DNA from: Raja brachyura
Taxonomy: Eukaryota
Assembly (NCBI GenBank): GCA_963514005.1
Contig: OY740794.1
Coordinates: forward strand, 13,826,001-13,890,000
Direction of reading: 5' to 3'
Length of the DNA stretch: 64,000 nucleotides
Shown here: positions 1-12,144 of the stretch, one piece after another
How positions within the stretch are numbered: position 1 is the stretch's first letter
Layout: each line of letters opens with the position of its first letter
The notes under the pieces: generated by a model
What the model was told of the DNA's origin: nothing
The model's database searches: none
Seen by the model: the letters and a program-made list of their open reading frames with translations, nothing else
Translations under genes and position numbers: made by a program

Positions 1-87
1 AGGAAGAATAAAAGGTTGTGAGTTCAAGTTGTTCAGTAAGACCAGCTTAATTTATTTACAGAATCATTGTTCTTCTTGCCACGTGTC

Positions 88-535
88 CATCCATCACACG
101 GACCAGACTTCCCACCATTGACTCCATCTACCCTTCATGGTGTCTTGGAAGAAGAGCCAACATAATCAAAGACTTGTCCCATCCTGATCCCACTTCTTCT
201 CTCTGCTGCCAGAAGGTACAGAAGCTTGAAAGTGTGTACCACCAGAATCAGGAACAGCTTCTTCCCTTCTGTCATCAGGCTTCTGAACAGTCCTTCCATT
301 TGCTAGGGCACTGTCCAATTCACCTCTGCCCCAATGTGGACATTGGACTTTGTCTATGTAACTGATGCGCAACAATGCAGAGAACTATATACTGCACTCT
401 ATACCTTCCACTTTGATCCATCTACTGTACGAGTTTGACTTGATTGCATTTACGTATGATATATCTGATCTGTTTGGACAGCACACAAAATAAAGCTTTT
501 CACTGTACCTATACATATGACAATAATAATTCTGA
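88..535 (+). mobile_element. Rex1/Babar-type LINE 3' fragment (degenerate)
   Basis: Broken frame reads IIKDLSHP..SLL..RRYRSLKVCTTRIRNSFFPSVIRLLN, typical of Rex1/Babar ORF C-termini, followed by an AT-rich 3'UTR ending ...tgacaataa. Confidence 0.7.
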
Positions 536-671
536 AGCCAAAACCTAAAGCTAATGAGTTTTTAGGTACCCCTTCATCTCACAGACCATCCGGTCAAGCT
601 AATGTATCTCCAGTCCTTTGCTGCTGTTGGGTCTAAGCCATGAATCTCCTGACAATCAGGTGGACAGTTAG

Positions 672-923
672 TGTAGGAAGGAACTGCAGATGGTGGTTCA
701 GACATCAAATGCTGTAGTAACTAGCGAGTCAGGCAGCTTCTCTAGAGTAAAGGAATAGATGATGTCTTCGGAGAAGAAGGGTCCGACCCGAAACGTCGCC
801 TATTCCTTTTCTCCAGAGATGCTGCCTGACCCATGGAGTTACTACAGCATTTTGTATTTATCTTCGGTCTAAACCACCATCTGCAGTTCTTTCTGACACA
901 CTCCAGCATGTTATGTCCATCTT
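672..923. mobile_element. Fold-back Penelope-like terminal-repeat element with degenerate hammerhead core
   Basis: Inverted arms gtgtaggaaggaactgcagatg.../...catctgcagttctttctgacac; central gaagaagggtccgacccgaaacgtc; flanking direct repeat AGGTGGACA(G/A)TTAG at 658-671 and 924-937. Confidence 0.8.
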
Positions 924-1448
924 AGGTGGACAATTAGAACTGATACAGACAGGCTAGACTGAATGGTTTTCTTCTGTGTTTATGTTCAATGTAATTCTAT
1001 GAATATTGAACTCTACCGATTATCAACAAACTCAGCACTTGCTAACCATGTAATCATGTTTTTCTATGTAAAAACAGACTAACCATGAACTGAATTGTCA
1101 TTATTTCAAAACAAAGATTTAAATGTAAAAATTCTTAATCAAAACGTAATTGCTTTGTATATCTTGCATAAGCCTCAAAGGCTGCAATATGAATCTTACC
1201 TTATTGATTCTTCCAATGTTTGTTATTAATTACAGTGGATGGCCCGCTAATCAATAATGTACAAACCTGTGTACTTTAACAAAGAATTGAAATGGTCTTG
1301 CAACTGGTGATCAACATAATTAACAGGACTAGATTACCTTTATTTGCCTTCTCCTGTGCCCAATGTATACATTATTAATCATTAATAAGATAATGTTATT
1401 TATTAAGTTGAGCAATCTTTATATGGATTGCAACATTGATGAAAATTA

Positions 1449-1619
1449 AAGGGTGACATTTTGGCTCAAGACCTTTCTTCGGACTGAGTCTGAAGAAGCG
1501 TCTTGACCCGAAATATCACCCATTCCTTCTCTCCAGAGATGCTGCCTGTCCCATTGAGTTACTCCAGCATTTTGTGTCTATCCTCGGTTTAAACCAGCAT
1601 CTGCAGTTCCTTCCTACAC
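1449..1619 (+). mobile_element. Penelope-like terminal-repeat element with two inverted degenerate hammerhead motifs
   Basis: gggtgacattttggctcaagacctttcttcggac is inverted relative to gtctgaagaagcgtcttgacccgaaatatcaccc; 12-bp TSD TGATGAAAATTA at 1437-1448 and 1620-1631. Confidence 0.8.
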
Positions 1620-1667
1620 TGATGAAAATTATACTGACTTGACTGAGTATTGGGAACAATGTCATAC

Positions 1668-2450
1668 TGCCCAGTTAAGAATAAGAAGGCAGATTATTAT
1701 CTGAACAGGGTCAGATTAGGAAAAGGGGAGTTGAAACAAGACTTGGTTGTCCTTGTACATCGTCAATGAAAGTAAGCATGCAGGTACAGCAGGCAGTGAA
1801 GACAGCAAATGGCATGTTGGCCTTCCTAGCGAGAGGATTTGAGCAGCGGTGCAAGGAGGTCTTACTATAGTTGTACAGGACCCTGGTGAGACAACACCTG
1901 GAGTATTGTGTGCAGTTGTGGTCTCCTAATTTGTGGAAGAACATTCTTGCTATTTAGGGAGTGTAGCGTAGGTTCACCAGCTTAATACCCGGGATGGTGG
2001 GACTGACATATGAGGAAAAAACAGATCAACCGGCTTTGTATTCACTGGAATTTAGAAGGATGAGAGAGGATCTTATAGAAACATGTAAAATTCTTAAGGG
2101 ATTGGACAGGCTAGATGCAGGAAAAAAAATCCCTATGTTGGGGGAGTCCAGAACCAAGGGTCACAGTTTAAGAACGAGGGGTAGGTCATTTAGGAATGAG
2201 ATGAGGAAAAACGTTTTCACCCAGAGTTGTGAATCTGTGGAATTTTCTGCCACAGGAGGCAGTGGAGGCCAATTCACTGGATGTTTTCAAGAGATAGTTA
2301 GATATACTGTAGCTCTTAGGGCTAACGGAATCAAGGGATATGGGGTGAAAACAGGAAAGGGGTACTGATTTTGGATGATCAGCCATGATCATATTGAATG
2401 GTTGAAAGGGCCGAATGGCCTACTCCTGCACCGATTTTCTATGTTTCTAC
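1668..2450 (+). mobile_element. CR1 LINE 3' fragment (RT C-terminus and 3'UTR)
   Basis: LYRTLVRQHLEYCVQLWSP and LYSLEFRRMREDLIETCKILKGLD motifs; tail gatcagccatgatcatattgaatgg...ttctatgtttcta. Confidence 0.9.
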
Positions 2451-2741
2451 GTACGGCACACCAAAAGTAGAGCAAACCAAACTGCTTTATTGAATGGGGC
2501 CTGAAGTCACAGAAGGCACAGCATCACTAACAGTAAATGTGCTGGTTAACAGTATCTCCTCATTTGGCAGTGGGGCATTTCCACAAGTGCGTGGCTTGTC
2601 ATGCCAGTCAGAACATCAACTATTTTACTTGTAAACGCTACAGTGAATATGAATAGGGCATTCAAGGAATAATTAAAGGAGTGAAGGTACAGAGAGAAAT
2701 GTTGATATATGTTGTTTACCACAAACATTATGAGATCTAAA

Positions 2742-3650
2742 GGCGGCACTGTGGCATAGCAGTAGAGCTTAATGCCTTAAGGGCCTGTCCCACCAGCATG
2801 CAACACTATGCGATGAACGCGATCAAACTGGCAGCGGGGGCCACGCGGAGGTCGGGTGATCCCCTGTACAGGGCCATTCCCACCAGCATGCGCCAGCATG
2901 CGGCAAGCGCAACCAAACCGGCAGCAGGGGCCGCGCGGAGGTCGGGTGAGTGGCGCAACGCGGCGCAAAGTGAGGCGAACTTGGAGCGAAGTCCAAGGTA
3001 AGTTCGCCAGGACAGAGAGGGGCACACAGAGAGGGGCACCGAGGCACACACACACACAGGGCCACGAAGCCACACACATAGAGGGTCACGGAGGCACTTA
3101 CAAATAGGTTCACGGAGGCACGATGTCCGGGCGGTGTGTAAATGATGAGGCGACTGCGAGCCGACAAGCCGTTGCCGTGCGGAATTTTTGGACATAGTCG
3201 GTTTTTCGGAGCCCCACACAGTGTCGGGACGAACGCCGCACAATTCCGCACGACTCCGCCGATCGTAGTGGGACCGGCCCCGCAACGCCGGACGGCTCAA
3301 GCGACCACGTTAGGTCGCGCTAATCGCATAGAGTTGCATGCTGGTGGGACAGGCCCTTTAGAGACCTGGGTTTGATCTTGACTATAGGTGCTTGCATTTA
3401 CAGATTTTGTACATTCTCCCCGTGACCTGCATGGGTTTTCTCAGAGATCTTCAGTTTTCACCCACACTCCAAAAACGTACAGGTTTGTAGGTTAATTAGC
3501 TTTGTATAAAAGTAAAATTGTCCCTAGTGTGTGTAGACTAGTGCTGATGTGTGGGGATCGCTGGTCATTGTGTACTTCAGTGGGCTGAAGGGCCTGTTTC
3601 TCCTCTGTATCTCTGAGCTAAACTAAACAAAATTAAACGAAAGTAAACTA
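2742..3650 (+). mobile_element. HE1-type tRNA-derived V-SINE, split by a MITE at 2780-3357
   Basis: Head ggcggcactgtggcatagcagtagag resumes at 3361 with gagacctgggtttgat; V-domain-like core; CR1-like tail gggctgaagggcctgtttc and (ctaaa)n. Confidence 0.85.
2780..3357. mobile_element. Non-autonomous DNA transposon (PIF/Harbinger-like MITE), 578 bp
   Basis: TIR AGGGCCTGTCCCACCAGCATGCAAC / GTTGCATGCTGGTGGGACAGGCCCT; TTA duplicated at 2777-2779 and 3358-3360; GC-rich with internal subterminal repeats. Confidence 0.88.
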
Positions 3651-3761
3651 ACAATTATGTTAAATGGCATGGGACGCTTTGGTTTGTAAATCAATCAATC
3701 AAAAGTTATAAATTTAAAATCCCAATTGAAATACTGAAGGAATATGTGAGGCTTCTGAGGC

Positions 3762-3849
3762 TTTTTCCAATCCAATTTCTAGGTAACCGTGTCTTAATGA
3801 ACACACTGATTTGTTATGACATGGTTGCCTAGAAATTGGATTGGGAAGA
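3762..3849. repeat. 88-bp imperfect inverted repeat (hairpin)
   Basis: ttccaatccaatttctaggtaaccgtgtc pairs with gacatggttgcctagaaattggattggga. Confidence 0.9.
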
Positions 3850-3904
3850 TAAAACTCTTATGTTAGTTTATTTTACAAGTAAATCATACTTGATTCACTT
3901 GTTA

Positions 3905-4178
3905 AAAAAACGGGCCCTTTGGCCCACTGTGTCTGTTCCGCCCAGTGACCAGTGCACAACACCAGCATACTAGCACTATCCTACACACTTGGTACAATTT
4001 ACAATTTTTTCTGAAGCCAATTAACCTACAAACCCATGCGCCTTTGAAGTATGGGAGGAAACTGGAGCATCCAGGGAAAACCCACGTGGTCACGGCAAGA
4101 ATGTAAACGTCCATTCAGACAGCACCGGTAGTCAGGATTGAACCCGGGTCTCTGGCGCTCTAAAGCAGCAACTCTACT
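3905..4178 (-). mobile_element. HE1-type SINE
   Basis: Reverse complement of the SINE seen at 5123-5426 (gggccctttggccc...caattaacctacaaacc...gaacccgggtctctggcgc). Confidence 0.85.
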
Positions 4179-4184
4179 GACTCT

Positions 4185-4322
4185 TATAGATAGCGGAGCC
4201 AGGGGATATGGGCAGAAGGCAGGAACGGGGTACTGATTGGGGATGATCAGCCATGATCACATTGAATGGTGGTGCTGGATCGAAGGGCCGAATGACATAC
4301 TCCTGCACCTATTGTCTATTGT
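4185..4322 (+). mobile_element. CR1 LINE 3' tail
   Basis: GARGYGQKAGTGY* followed by gatgatcagccatgatcacattgaatgg...cctattgtctattgtc. Confidence 0.8.
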
Positions 4323-4397
4323 CACCATTGTGGTCAGCTATGAATTACACCACCATGGGTGACATATTTCCACCATAGATCACATATATTCTTCCGA

Positions 4398-4509
4398 TCT
4401 GAAAAGTCACCCATCCTTTTTCTCCAGAGATGCTGCCTGACCCGCCGAGTTACTCCAGCACTTTGTGTCTATCTTTGGTATAAACCAGCATCTGCAGTTC
4501 CTTCCTACC
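4398..4509 (+). mobile_element. Penelope-like terminal-repeat fragment
   Basis: gtcaccc...ctccagagatgctgcctgacccgccgagttactccagcac...catctgcagttccttccta matches other copies. Confidence 0.75.
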
Positions 4510-5122
4510 CATTTATGTTCTCACCCATGTTTTGGCAATTAGATAAACAACAGTCTTCACATGTACGGTATTTTTCGTGCCTAAAACACCAGAATTATTT
4601 TTTAAAGGGAAGAGTCCTTGGATACAGGAAAGAAATTGAGATATTGGGAAGACTAAGGAAATGTTCAGCAATTTACTGGAGGAACTCAGAGGGTCGAGTA
4701 GTATCTGTGGATGCAGTGGACTGGTGGCGTTTTGGGTCAGGGCACATCTTCATATCCAGTCCCAATGCAAAATTACGCCTGTGGTGGAGGCACATTGCAG
4801 TGAAGATGCCCGACGGTTAGCCTTTGATAACTGAGAGTAGAGTTTAGGGCAGGAACAAACATCACTAAGGGAAAGAGGATAAGAATGTAACACTAATGTA
4901 GATTTCTCCACCCCATCTACATCGAGTAAGTGGAACGTGGACCGAAAGGTGTAAACAAAATTAATTGGCGAGTGACAGTGCAAATAGTTGAAAGAGAACA
5001 TGCACCATTAATGTGCTTCACCGTGTGATGAGGAATCAGTTCTGCCAGTTCTGGATTATCTCAATGGTCTTGGCAGTGAGAACAGCATAGCAAAGAGAAT
5101 GCAGCTTCCTTGGTCAATGAGT

Positions 5123-5426
5123 GGCACGGTGGCGCATCGGTAGAGTTGCTGCCTTCAGGCGCCAGAGACCAGGGTTTGATCCTGCCCAGGGGTGCTATCT
5201 GTCGAGAGTTTGCACGTTATCCCTGTGACAGCGTGGGTTTTCCCTGGGTGCTCCGGTTTCCTCCCACACTCTAAAGACGTACAGGTTTGTAGGATAATTG
5301 GCTGAGTAAAATTGTAAATTGTCCCTAGTGTGTGTAGGAAAGTGTCAGTATGCGGGGATTGCTGGTCAGCGCAGACTCGGTGGGCTGAAGGGCCTGTTTC
5401 CTTGCTGTACCTCTACACTAAACTAG
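5123..5426 (+). mobile_element. HE1-type V-SINE, near full length
   Basis: A-box-like tggcgcatcggt, B-box-like ggtttgatcc, V-domain-like gggttttccctgggtgctccggtttcctcccaca, CR1-like tail. Confidence 0.9.
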
Positions 5427-6486
5427 AAAGGCAAGGCAAAGGTACGACAGAAACATATTTGAGCAATAGTTTGGAAGTTCAAGGGGGCAAATTTGTAAAT
5501 GGACCAGTTGTTGGAGTACATGCTCGGAACTGAATAGAAAAGTAAGATTATATGTTAGTGTTTACTCCAGGTAAGTAACTCAAAAACTGATAAGACTATT
5601 CCTTATAGGAAGATTTAAGATTTTTGCTAACCAACTTGATGCATAGGCTTGCCACTCATCTAGGAGTTGATGAGTCAGATATTTGGTCAATTTAACAACA
5701 AAGGTCAAAGGTCTAAGGTTAAAAGTAATTACAGGTGGAATCGCTAGTTTTCCAAAATGTAGCCCAGCATCATTCTTCCAGCTAATACATTGATAATACT
5801 TGTATTAAAGAATAAGAAACAGTATGTATAGTTAAAAGTAGGGGAAAAAAAGTATAAACCATTAAAGTATAGATTATAATTTCCTTGATTTGTGACCTCC
5901 TTTTAAGTAAATTGGTGTAAAATTGAACATGAGGGTTTGGCTAAATTGTGCGATTCGACAGATTAAACATTAAAAGAGACTGCCTGGACCTTAGCAGACA
6001 TCCCTGGAAGTGTCTTTTATCATGTCAGCAATTCCCCAGTGCACATCATTAGCAAAATGTCAGAAAGGTGTGAATAAGCTGTTTTTCCTGACCACTCCCA
6101 AAAGGAATTCAAGATAACAGTTAAGCAATGCAAACAAAGATCACAGCTGTCTGGAGGACAGTCCGCTCAGCTGCAGTGTTAGGTCTGTGACAATAAAGGC
6201 ATTAGTCATGAGCGTGTGCGTAATTCCGAAGAACTGGTAAAAGCTGGTAAAGTCGTTGAGTGACTCAGTAACGATCATCACTAAAGTGTGAGAAACAGGA
6301 AAAAGGGACATCCTTATCTGTTGCTACAAAAACTGATGAGACTTCAACTTCTTTCTTCAAAAACACCTTCCGGACATGAAAATGGCTACGTTTTCGTTGG
6401 CTATACTTGTGGAAAATTATCATGCTTTTATGGATTTCCCCTTATGGAATTACTTTGTCCACTGCATCAAAGATGTTAACCTCTAT

Positions 6487-7110
6487 GGATGTTGCCAGAA
6501 CTCGAGGACCTGAGCTATAGGGAGAGTTTGGGCAGGCCAGCATTTTTTACACAAAACCCAGGAGGCTGAGGTGTGATCTTATAGAGGTGCATAGAAGCAT
6601 GAGGGGAATAGATGGGGTGAATGTGCAGAATCTTTTACTGGGAATAGCGTAATCAAGAACCAGAGGGCATAGAGGTTTTAATAGGACACAAAGTGGAATG
6701 AATAGGTGACGTTTTGGGTCGGGACCCTTCTTCAGTCTGAAGATCTGAAGAAAAGTTCCTAACTGAAATTTCACCTATCAATGTTCTTCACAAATGCTGC
6801 CTGACCCGCTGAGTTACTCCAGCACTTTGTGCTTCTTCGTGTAAACCAGCATCTGCAATCCCTTGTTTCTAAGATTTAATAGGAACCTGAGGGGTGACTT
6901 TTTTAAACTCAAAGGGTGATGGGTATATGCAATGAGCTGCAGTGGAGCCAGGTAATATAACAGTGTTTAAAATACACTTGGACAGGAACATGGGTAGAAA
7001 ATATTTTGTAGAATGTGGGCACAAACAAATGGAACCAGCTTAGATGGGGCATCTAGGTTGGCATGGACAAGTTGGGCTGCAGGGCATGTTTTTGTGCTGT
7101 AACACTGTAC
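6487..7110 (+). mobile_element. CR1 LINE 3' fragment interrupted by a fold-back PLE-terminus element (~6683-6871)
   Basis: MLPELEDLSYRESLGR...RRLRCDLIEVHRSMRGID; CR1 sequence resumes at agatttaataggaacctgagggg; the insert has inverted ccttcttcag/ctgaaga motifs. Confidence 0.8.
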
Positions 7111-7444
7111 TAAAATAGTAGACGATGAATGTATCGTTACTTAGAAGGTTATGTATAGAGATATTTGCTTGGATAAGATATCTGAAGGAGACCATGGAAT
7201 CAAGCCACAGCAAGAGTTGTCTCTGGAAATAAAAGAATAATGGGCAACAAAGCCCCTTGTGTTCCAGATGCTACACTTGTAGCACTGTGTAAAATGCTGT
7301 CATTATTTTCACTATGATGACTTTGGGATAAGAAGTTGAGCTGTGTGATGCCTTGTGCAGGGAGTCTATCTCAGTCTGACAAGTGATTTATTAGTTTATT
7401 AAAATCTTCTACACAAGGATTCTCCTTTTTTTTTAAATAAAGGA

Positions 7445-7617
7445 AGAAAAGAGGGAGTTAGATGTGGCCCTTGTGGCTGAAGGGATCAGGGAGAGAAGGC
7501 AGGTACAGGATACTGAGTTGGATGATCAGCCATGATCATATTGAATGGCGGTGCAGGCTCGAAGGCCCGAATGACCTACTCCTGCACCTATTTTCTATGA
7601 TTCTATGATTCTATGAT
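7445..7617 (+). mobile_element. CR1 LINE 3' tail
   Basis: gagggagttagatgtggccc...gatgatcagccatgatcatattgaatggcgg...(ttctatga)3. Confidence 0.85.
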
Positions 7618-7774
7618 CACTGAAAAAAAAATCCTCTCTAAATAAAGTGAATCAGATGTTTAATGAATTGTAGTGACTAATCACTTCTAACATGTTTCAG
7701 GTTAGGGAATTTCTGCAACTGGCACGTTTGGTGGTCCCACAATCTGCACCCAAAACCAAACAAACTTTGGATTT

Positions 7775-7981
7775 GTGTACGAAGGAACTGCAGATTCGGG
7801 TTTAAACCAAAGATAGATGCAAAATGCTGGGGAGTAACTCAGTGGGACAGGCAGCATCTCTGGAGAGAAGGAATGGGTGACCTTTCGGGTCAAGTCCCTT
7901 CTCCAGACAGAAACATCACCCATTCCTTCTCTCCAGAGATGCTGCCTGTCCCAGTGAGTTACTCTCCAGCATTTTGTGTCT
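7775..7981. mobile_element. Fold-back PLE-terminus element
   Basis: Inverted arms around a degenerate ribozyme core; 12-bp TSD AACTTTGGATTT at 7763-7774 and 7982-7993. Confidence 0.82.
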
Positions 7982-8191
7982 AACTTTGGATTTATTTTCC
8001 CACAAGGTCCCACAAACTTATTTGCATTTCACTGGATATTGCATATCTACCGTGAACCAGGACAACTTAGCAATGCTGTATGATGGCATTATTTAAGGCA
8101 TCAAAGGCATTATTTAATATATTTATGATTTTGATTACTACAGCTGAAAATGGGTCCAATCATAGAAGGAAGTGTTTTCAATAGGTCACCA

Positions 8192-8306
8192 GAGATTGCG
8201 GAAGCTGGAATCTTGAGCAAGTCCTGGAGGAACTCAGCAGTCACCCAGTCCACCCATTCCACAGATGCTGCCTGACCTACTGAGTTCCTCCAGCACTTTG
8301 TGTTTT
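8192..8306. mobile_element. Short fold-back PLE-terminus remnant
   Basis: ctggaggaactcagcag ... ctactgagttcctccagcactttgtgt inverted pair. Confidence 0.6.
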
Positions 8307-8670
8307 TAATTCGATTGTCTCGCTCACTATATGCAAGGAACCTGGCTTCAAAGTGCAGAAAATATTTTAAAAACTATACAGAATCAATTACCAGTTTCCT
8401 TGTGCAAAGAATATACTTAAATATATATTTATGTACATTCAAAAGCTTTCAAAATGTTATTCTTGCACGTTATTAACAGATACTTCATTTTAAGATCTAC
8501 CTTGATAACCCACAGGGGTGCAGTGGTAGAGTTGCTGCCTTACAGCACCAGAGAACGGGGTTCGATCCTGACTGCGGGTGCTGTCTGTACGGAGTTTGTA
8601 TATTCTCCCTGTGACTCGGTGGGTTTTCTCCAGGTGCTCAGATTCCTCCCACATTCCAAAGACGAACAGG

Positions 8671-9262
8671 GGGTTACACAAAAAGCTGGAGAAACTCAGC
8701 TGGTGCAGCAGCATCTAAGGAGCGAAGGAGATAGGCGACGTTTCGGGTCGAGACCCTTCTTCAGACTGGTCAGGGATCAGGGAAACGAGAGATATAGACA
8801 GTGATGTGGAGAGATAAAGAACAATGAATGAAAGATATGCAAAATGTATCGATGATAAAGGAAACAGGCCATTGTAAGCTGTTTGTAGTGTGAAAATGAG
8901 AAGCTAGTGCGACTTGGGTGGGGGGGGGGGGAGATAGAGAGAGAAGGAATGCCAGGGCCAGAGGGCTGAGGGAGAGGTGGGAAGGGGAGGAGGCAGCCTG
9001 GGTTAACAGAATTGAGAAAATTCAATGTTTAAGCCCAGAGGATGCAGACTCCCCAAGCGGAATATGAGGTGCTGTTCCTCCAACTTGCGGTGTTGCTCAC
9101 TCTGGCCGTGGAGGAGGCCCAGGACCGAGAGGAGGTGTCCACGGATACGGAATGGGAGGGGGAGTTGAAGTGCTGAGCCACCGGGAGGTCGGGTTGGTTA
9201 TTGCGGACCGAGCGGAGGTGTTCGGCGAAACGATCGCCAAGCCTCCGCTTGGTCTCAAGCGG
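8671..9262 (-). mobile_element. 5'-truncated Penelope-like retroelement (GIY-YIG end plus 3' terminal repeat)
   Basis: Minus strand reads ETKRRLGDRFAEHLRSVRNNQPDLPVAQHFNSPSHS...RKLEEQHLIFRLGSLHPLGLNIEFS; 11-bp TSD AGACG(A/T)ACAGG at 8660-8670 and 9263-9273. Confidence 0.9.
8737..8764 (-). ncRNA. Minimal hammerhead ribozyme motif (PLE type)
   Basis: Minus strand CTGAAGA-A-GGGT CTCG ACCC-GAAA-CGTC: both catalytic boxes, stem II and a GUC cleavage triplet. Confidence 0.7.
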
Positions 9263-10787
9263 AGACGTACAGGTTTGTAAGTCAATTGTTTTTGGTAAAA
9301 ATTGGAAATAGTCCCTGGTGTGTTGGGTAGTGATAGTGTCGGGTCAGTGCAGACCCAGTTGGCCGATGTTTCCACACTGTATCTCTAAACTACAAAAAAA
9401 TGTTATGGTGAATAATCTGAATCTAGAATTTGCCTGCTTTTATGCGCAGCGACAACGTCCATCATGATTTAGGCTAGGCTAAAATATTGCAGAAACTTGA
9501 TTTGAACTAACGATACAGTGCTTACAATTGTGCAATCTTTTGCTATGCTGTGGCTTATTTTTTGCTGGGAGAACACATTCAATCGAATGGAAACCCTCCC
9601 TAGGCAGCCCAGGGCCTAAGCATGTGTTTTGTGCTTGTATGTGTGAGATCTCTGGCCTGGAAATACATTGTGCAAATATTAGCATAAGAATGCTTAAGGG
9701 ATTCATATGAAATTCCCTTGGCTGCTATTTATATAACCCACTTAGAATTAACAGATTACCATTTTCATTAGAGTATGAAACAGTGGAATTCAATACCAAC
9801 AAATTAACTATTCTTATGCTACTATTTATACATGGTAATTTCAAAGCTTCTGTTTATTAATAAACTGCTTAGAATAAAGACTCGTTGTCAGAATTAATAG
9901 GAATCATTGCAAAATTCCCACTTAAAAAAAGAGAACTAATGTCAAGACTCTCTCCATAAAGCGTGAAGCCATACTGTGCTCTATTAACATACAAATGCCT
10001 GTAGACTTTTGAATGAAATTCTTTTGTCCACTGTTTTCATGTAATGGTTAGCCTATGCAATCATCATGTAATGCAGTTTCATTGCATAACTTATATACAT
10101 TGAACGTGGTAACACATTCTACTACTTAACAAAACAAAAGGTACAAAAATGATCCATTGACACAAGAAGATTATTATCCTCATCTGGAAAAAAATACATG
10201 ATTAGGAAACTGAAGCTCAGCTTGGCAGCAATATTATTATCTACTCTCAGATTCTGCCACTGCCTCAGTGATCAATTTCAGGTCAGTTTCGGCCATCCAT
10301 CCATCAGGCCTACCATCACTCTGTACTTAACTTGATTTGCCAACAAAGCCATCAATAATTGCATTGCCGTAATAAAATAAAATCAACAGTTTAGAAAGAA
10401 AACTAATCAGAATAAGAACAAGCAGATCTCACAATGAATGGGTTGAGGGGAAAGAAATATTTTGTGTAATGCAGCTAAATTTTTTTTAAAAATTAAATCA
10501 TTCCTAAGCCCTATTTTCAATATAATCCCACCCAATGAAAAACAAATAAAGCATTCTAATAGATGAATGGTTCCTGGCTGTGGTATTCACGATAATTCAT
10601 TTCTTGCTTTTGTAATTTGGTCAGTTCTTTATACATAAACTACAAAATGTTCAGTTTATTTTGCCAGCGATATTTTTTATTATCTAATATTTTCTGCAGT
10701 TGTACTGCTGAACTTCTTCACATCTCTTTAAACGTCTGGTTTGCTGACTTTATATCATCTATTCCAACATTATCTTAATTGCAGGAA

Positions 10788-10898
10788 GGTACACAAAAAT
10801 GCTGGATAAACTCAGCGGGTGCATTTCTATGGAAATGTAGTTTCTCCAGCATTTTTGTGTACCTTCGATTTTCCAGCATCTGCAGTTCCTTCTTAAAC
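10788..10898. mobile_element. Fold-back PLE-terminus element without ribozyme core
   Basis: ggtacacaaaaatgctgga/tccagcatttttgtgtacc arms; exact 16-bp TSD ATCTTAATTGCAGGAA at 10772-10787 and 10899-10914. Confidence 0.85.
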
Positions 10899-12144
10899 AT
10901 CTTAATTGCAGGAATGAACTCTTAGAGTAAGTCACCCATTCCCATTTACCTGCTCGCCTAGTTTTGGCATCTAGCCCCCTCCTAGGTGAATCATTCCGGT
11001 TAATACAGTAAACCAGGCCTTGTCCGTGACTTGCTACGTATTTGTGGGGGTTTACGATTCTATTCATATATACATCAATATATTTTGCGTTCAGAAAGCT
11101 TCACCTTTCTTAGGTACGGTCCCTCCTCCCTTTCAAAGGCTTCACTGAAGCAATCCTGAGCAGAAGATATCCCTTTAGGATATGTTGTGAATCTATTGTT
11201 AACTCTTTCTACTGGATGAAGAGCAACGCCAAGCAAAATGACGTTACACATGGTGAAACCTAATAAACTGTGATAACCTTGTCTTTTCCATCTTTGCATG
11301 CAAGGAACAGTTATGTTTTGACAATGTTATCAACCTTTTCTGATCAATTCTGCTCTCCACCCATCTCAGCTTGCAAAACTGCAATGCTAACTCTGTTTCT
11401 TTCACCACAGATGCTGCCTGACCTGATGAGTATGTTCATGTTTTTCTGCTTTGCCTACGGGTTTCTAGATCTGCATTATCTTGCTTCATTATCATCTCCT
11501 ACATCTATTTCCTTTTCTACATCCTTGTCTACTTGCCCAAGGAAATGACGATTGGAATTTTAATCCACCTGCGACATCAAAGGGAAGGGTGAAGTCATGA
11601 ATGTTGATTTCTCTGACATTGTCCATCTTGCCTTATTCCACGGGAGAGACCCGTCTCAATTATATCCACCTTTATTTATCAAATGCACACAAACTGCCTC
11701 TACCAATAATTTCACTTGTCAGCTTGGTACATCCACATCTTTTGCAGTTCCCCTCTTCTATCCAATCATCCCCACTGCCATCATGCTATTAAACACCACA
11801 ATATCTAAATAAGTTCTGAACTACATAGACTTGGGGGCAATATTTTTGTCTTTTTGCACTGTTATTGTTTGTTTTATGTGTATGCCTGTATATATGTGTG
11901 TATACAATATAATAATTTTTTTTAAATCTATATATATTTATTTTTAGAACTTTGTATATTGTTTATAGGATACCATCTTCCATTTTCCATTGTGCTGCAA
12001 GTAAGGATTTTATCATTCTGTCTATGACATATGACAATGAAACACTTTTGACTATTAATGTTCAGCCCTTTGGTGACAGCATTGCATGATAGATTTGTTT
12101 CAATATGAGCTCTGCATATATTTTTGTGTACAGGTACAGTACAG

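Larger units (their letters stand above)
8513..9395 (+). mobile_element. HE1-type SINE split by a PLE insertion (SINE parts 8513-8670 and 9263-9395)
   Basis: Head ggtgcagtggtagagttgctgcc; SINE resumes at agacgtacaggtttgt. Confidence 0.85.

Noticed and set aside
2777-3375. Six overlapping ORFs of 67-164 aa
   Set aside because: All lie within a GC-rich MITE; no transposase motifs.
5123-5200. tRNA-like sequence with A and B boxes
   Set aside because: It is the head of a SINE, continuing into the V-domain and LINE tail; no full cloverleaf.
11075-11299. Minus-strand ORF with a donor-like AAG|GTGAAA, considered as the next MECOM exon
   Set aside because: The translation does not resemble the expected IFYRVVADI..GEELLLFMK exon. 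I did not find that exon in 1-14764, so it probably lies beyond the window start.
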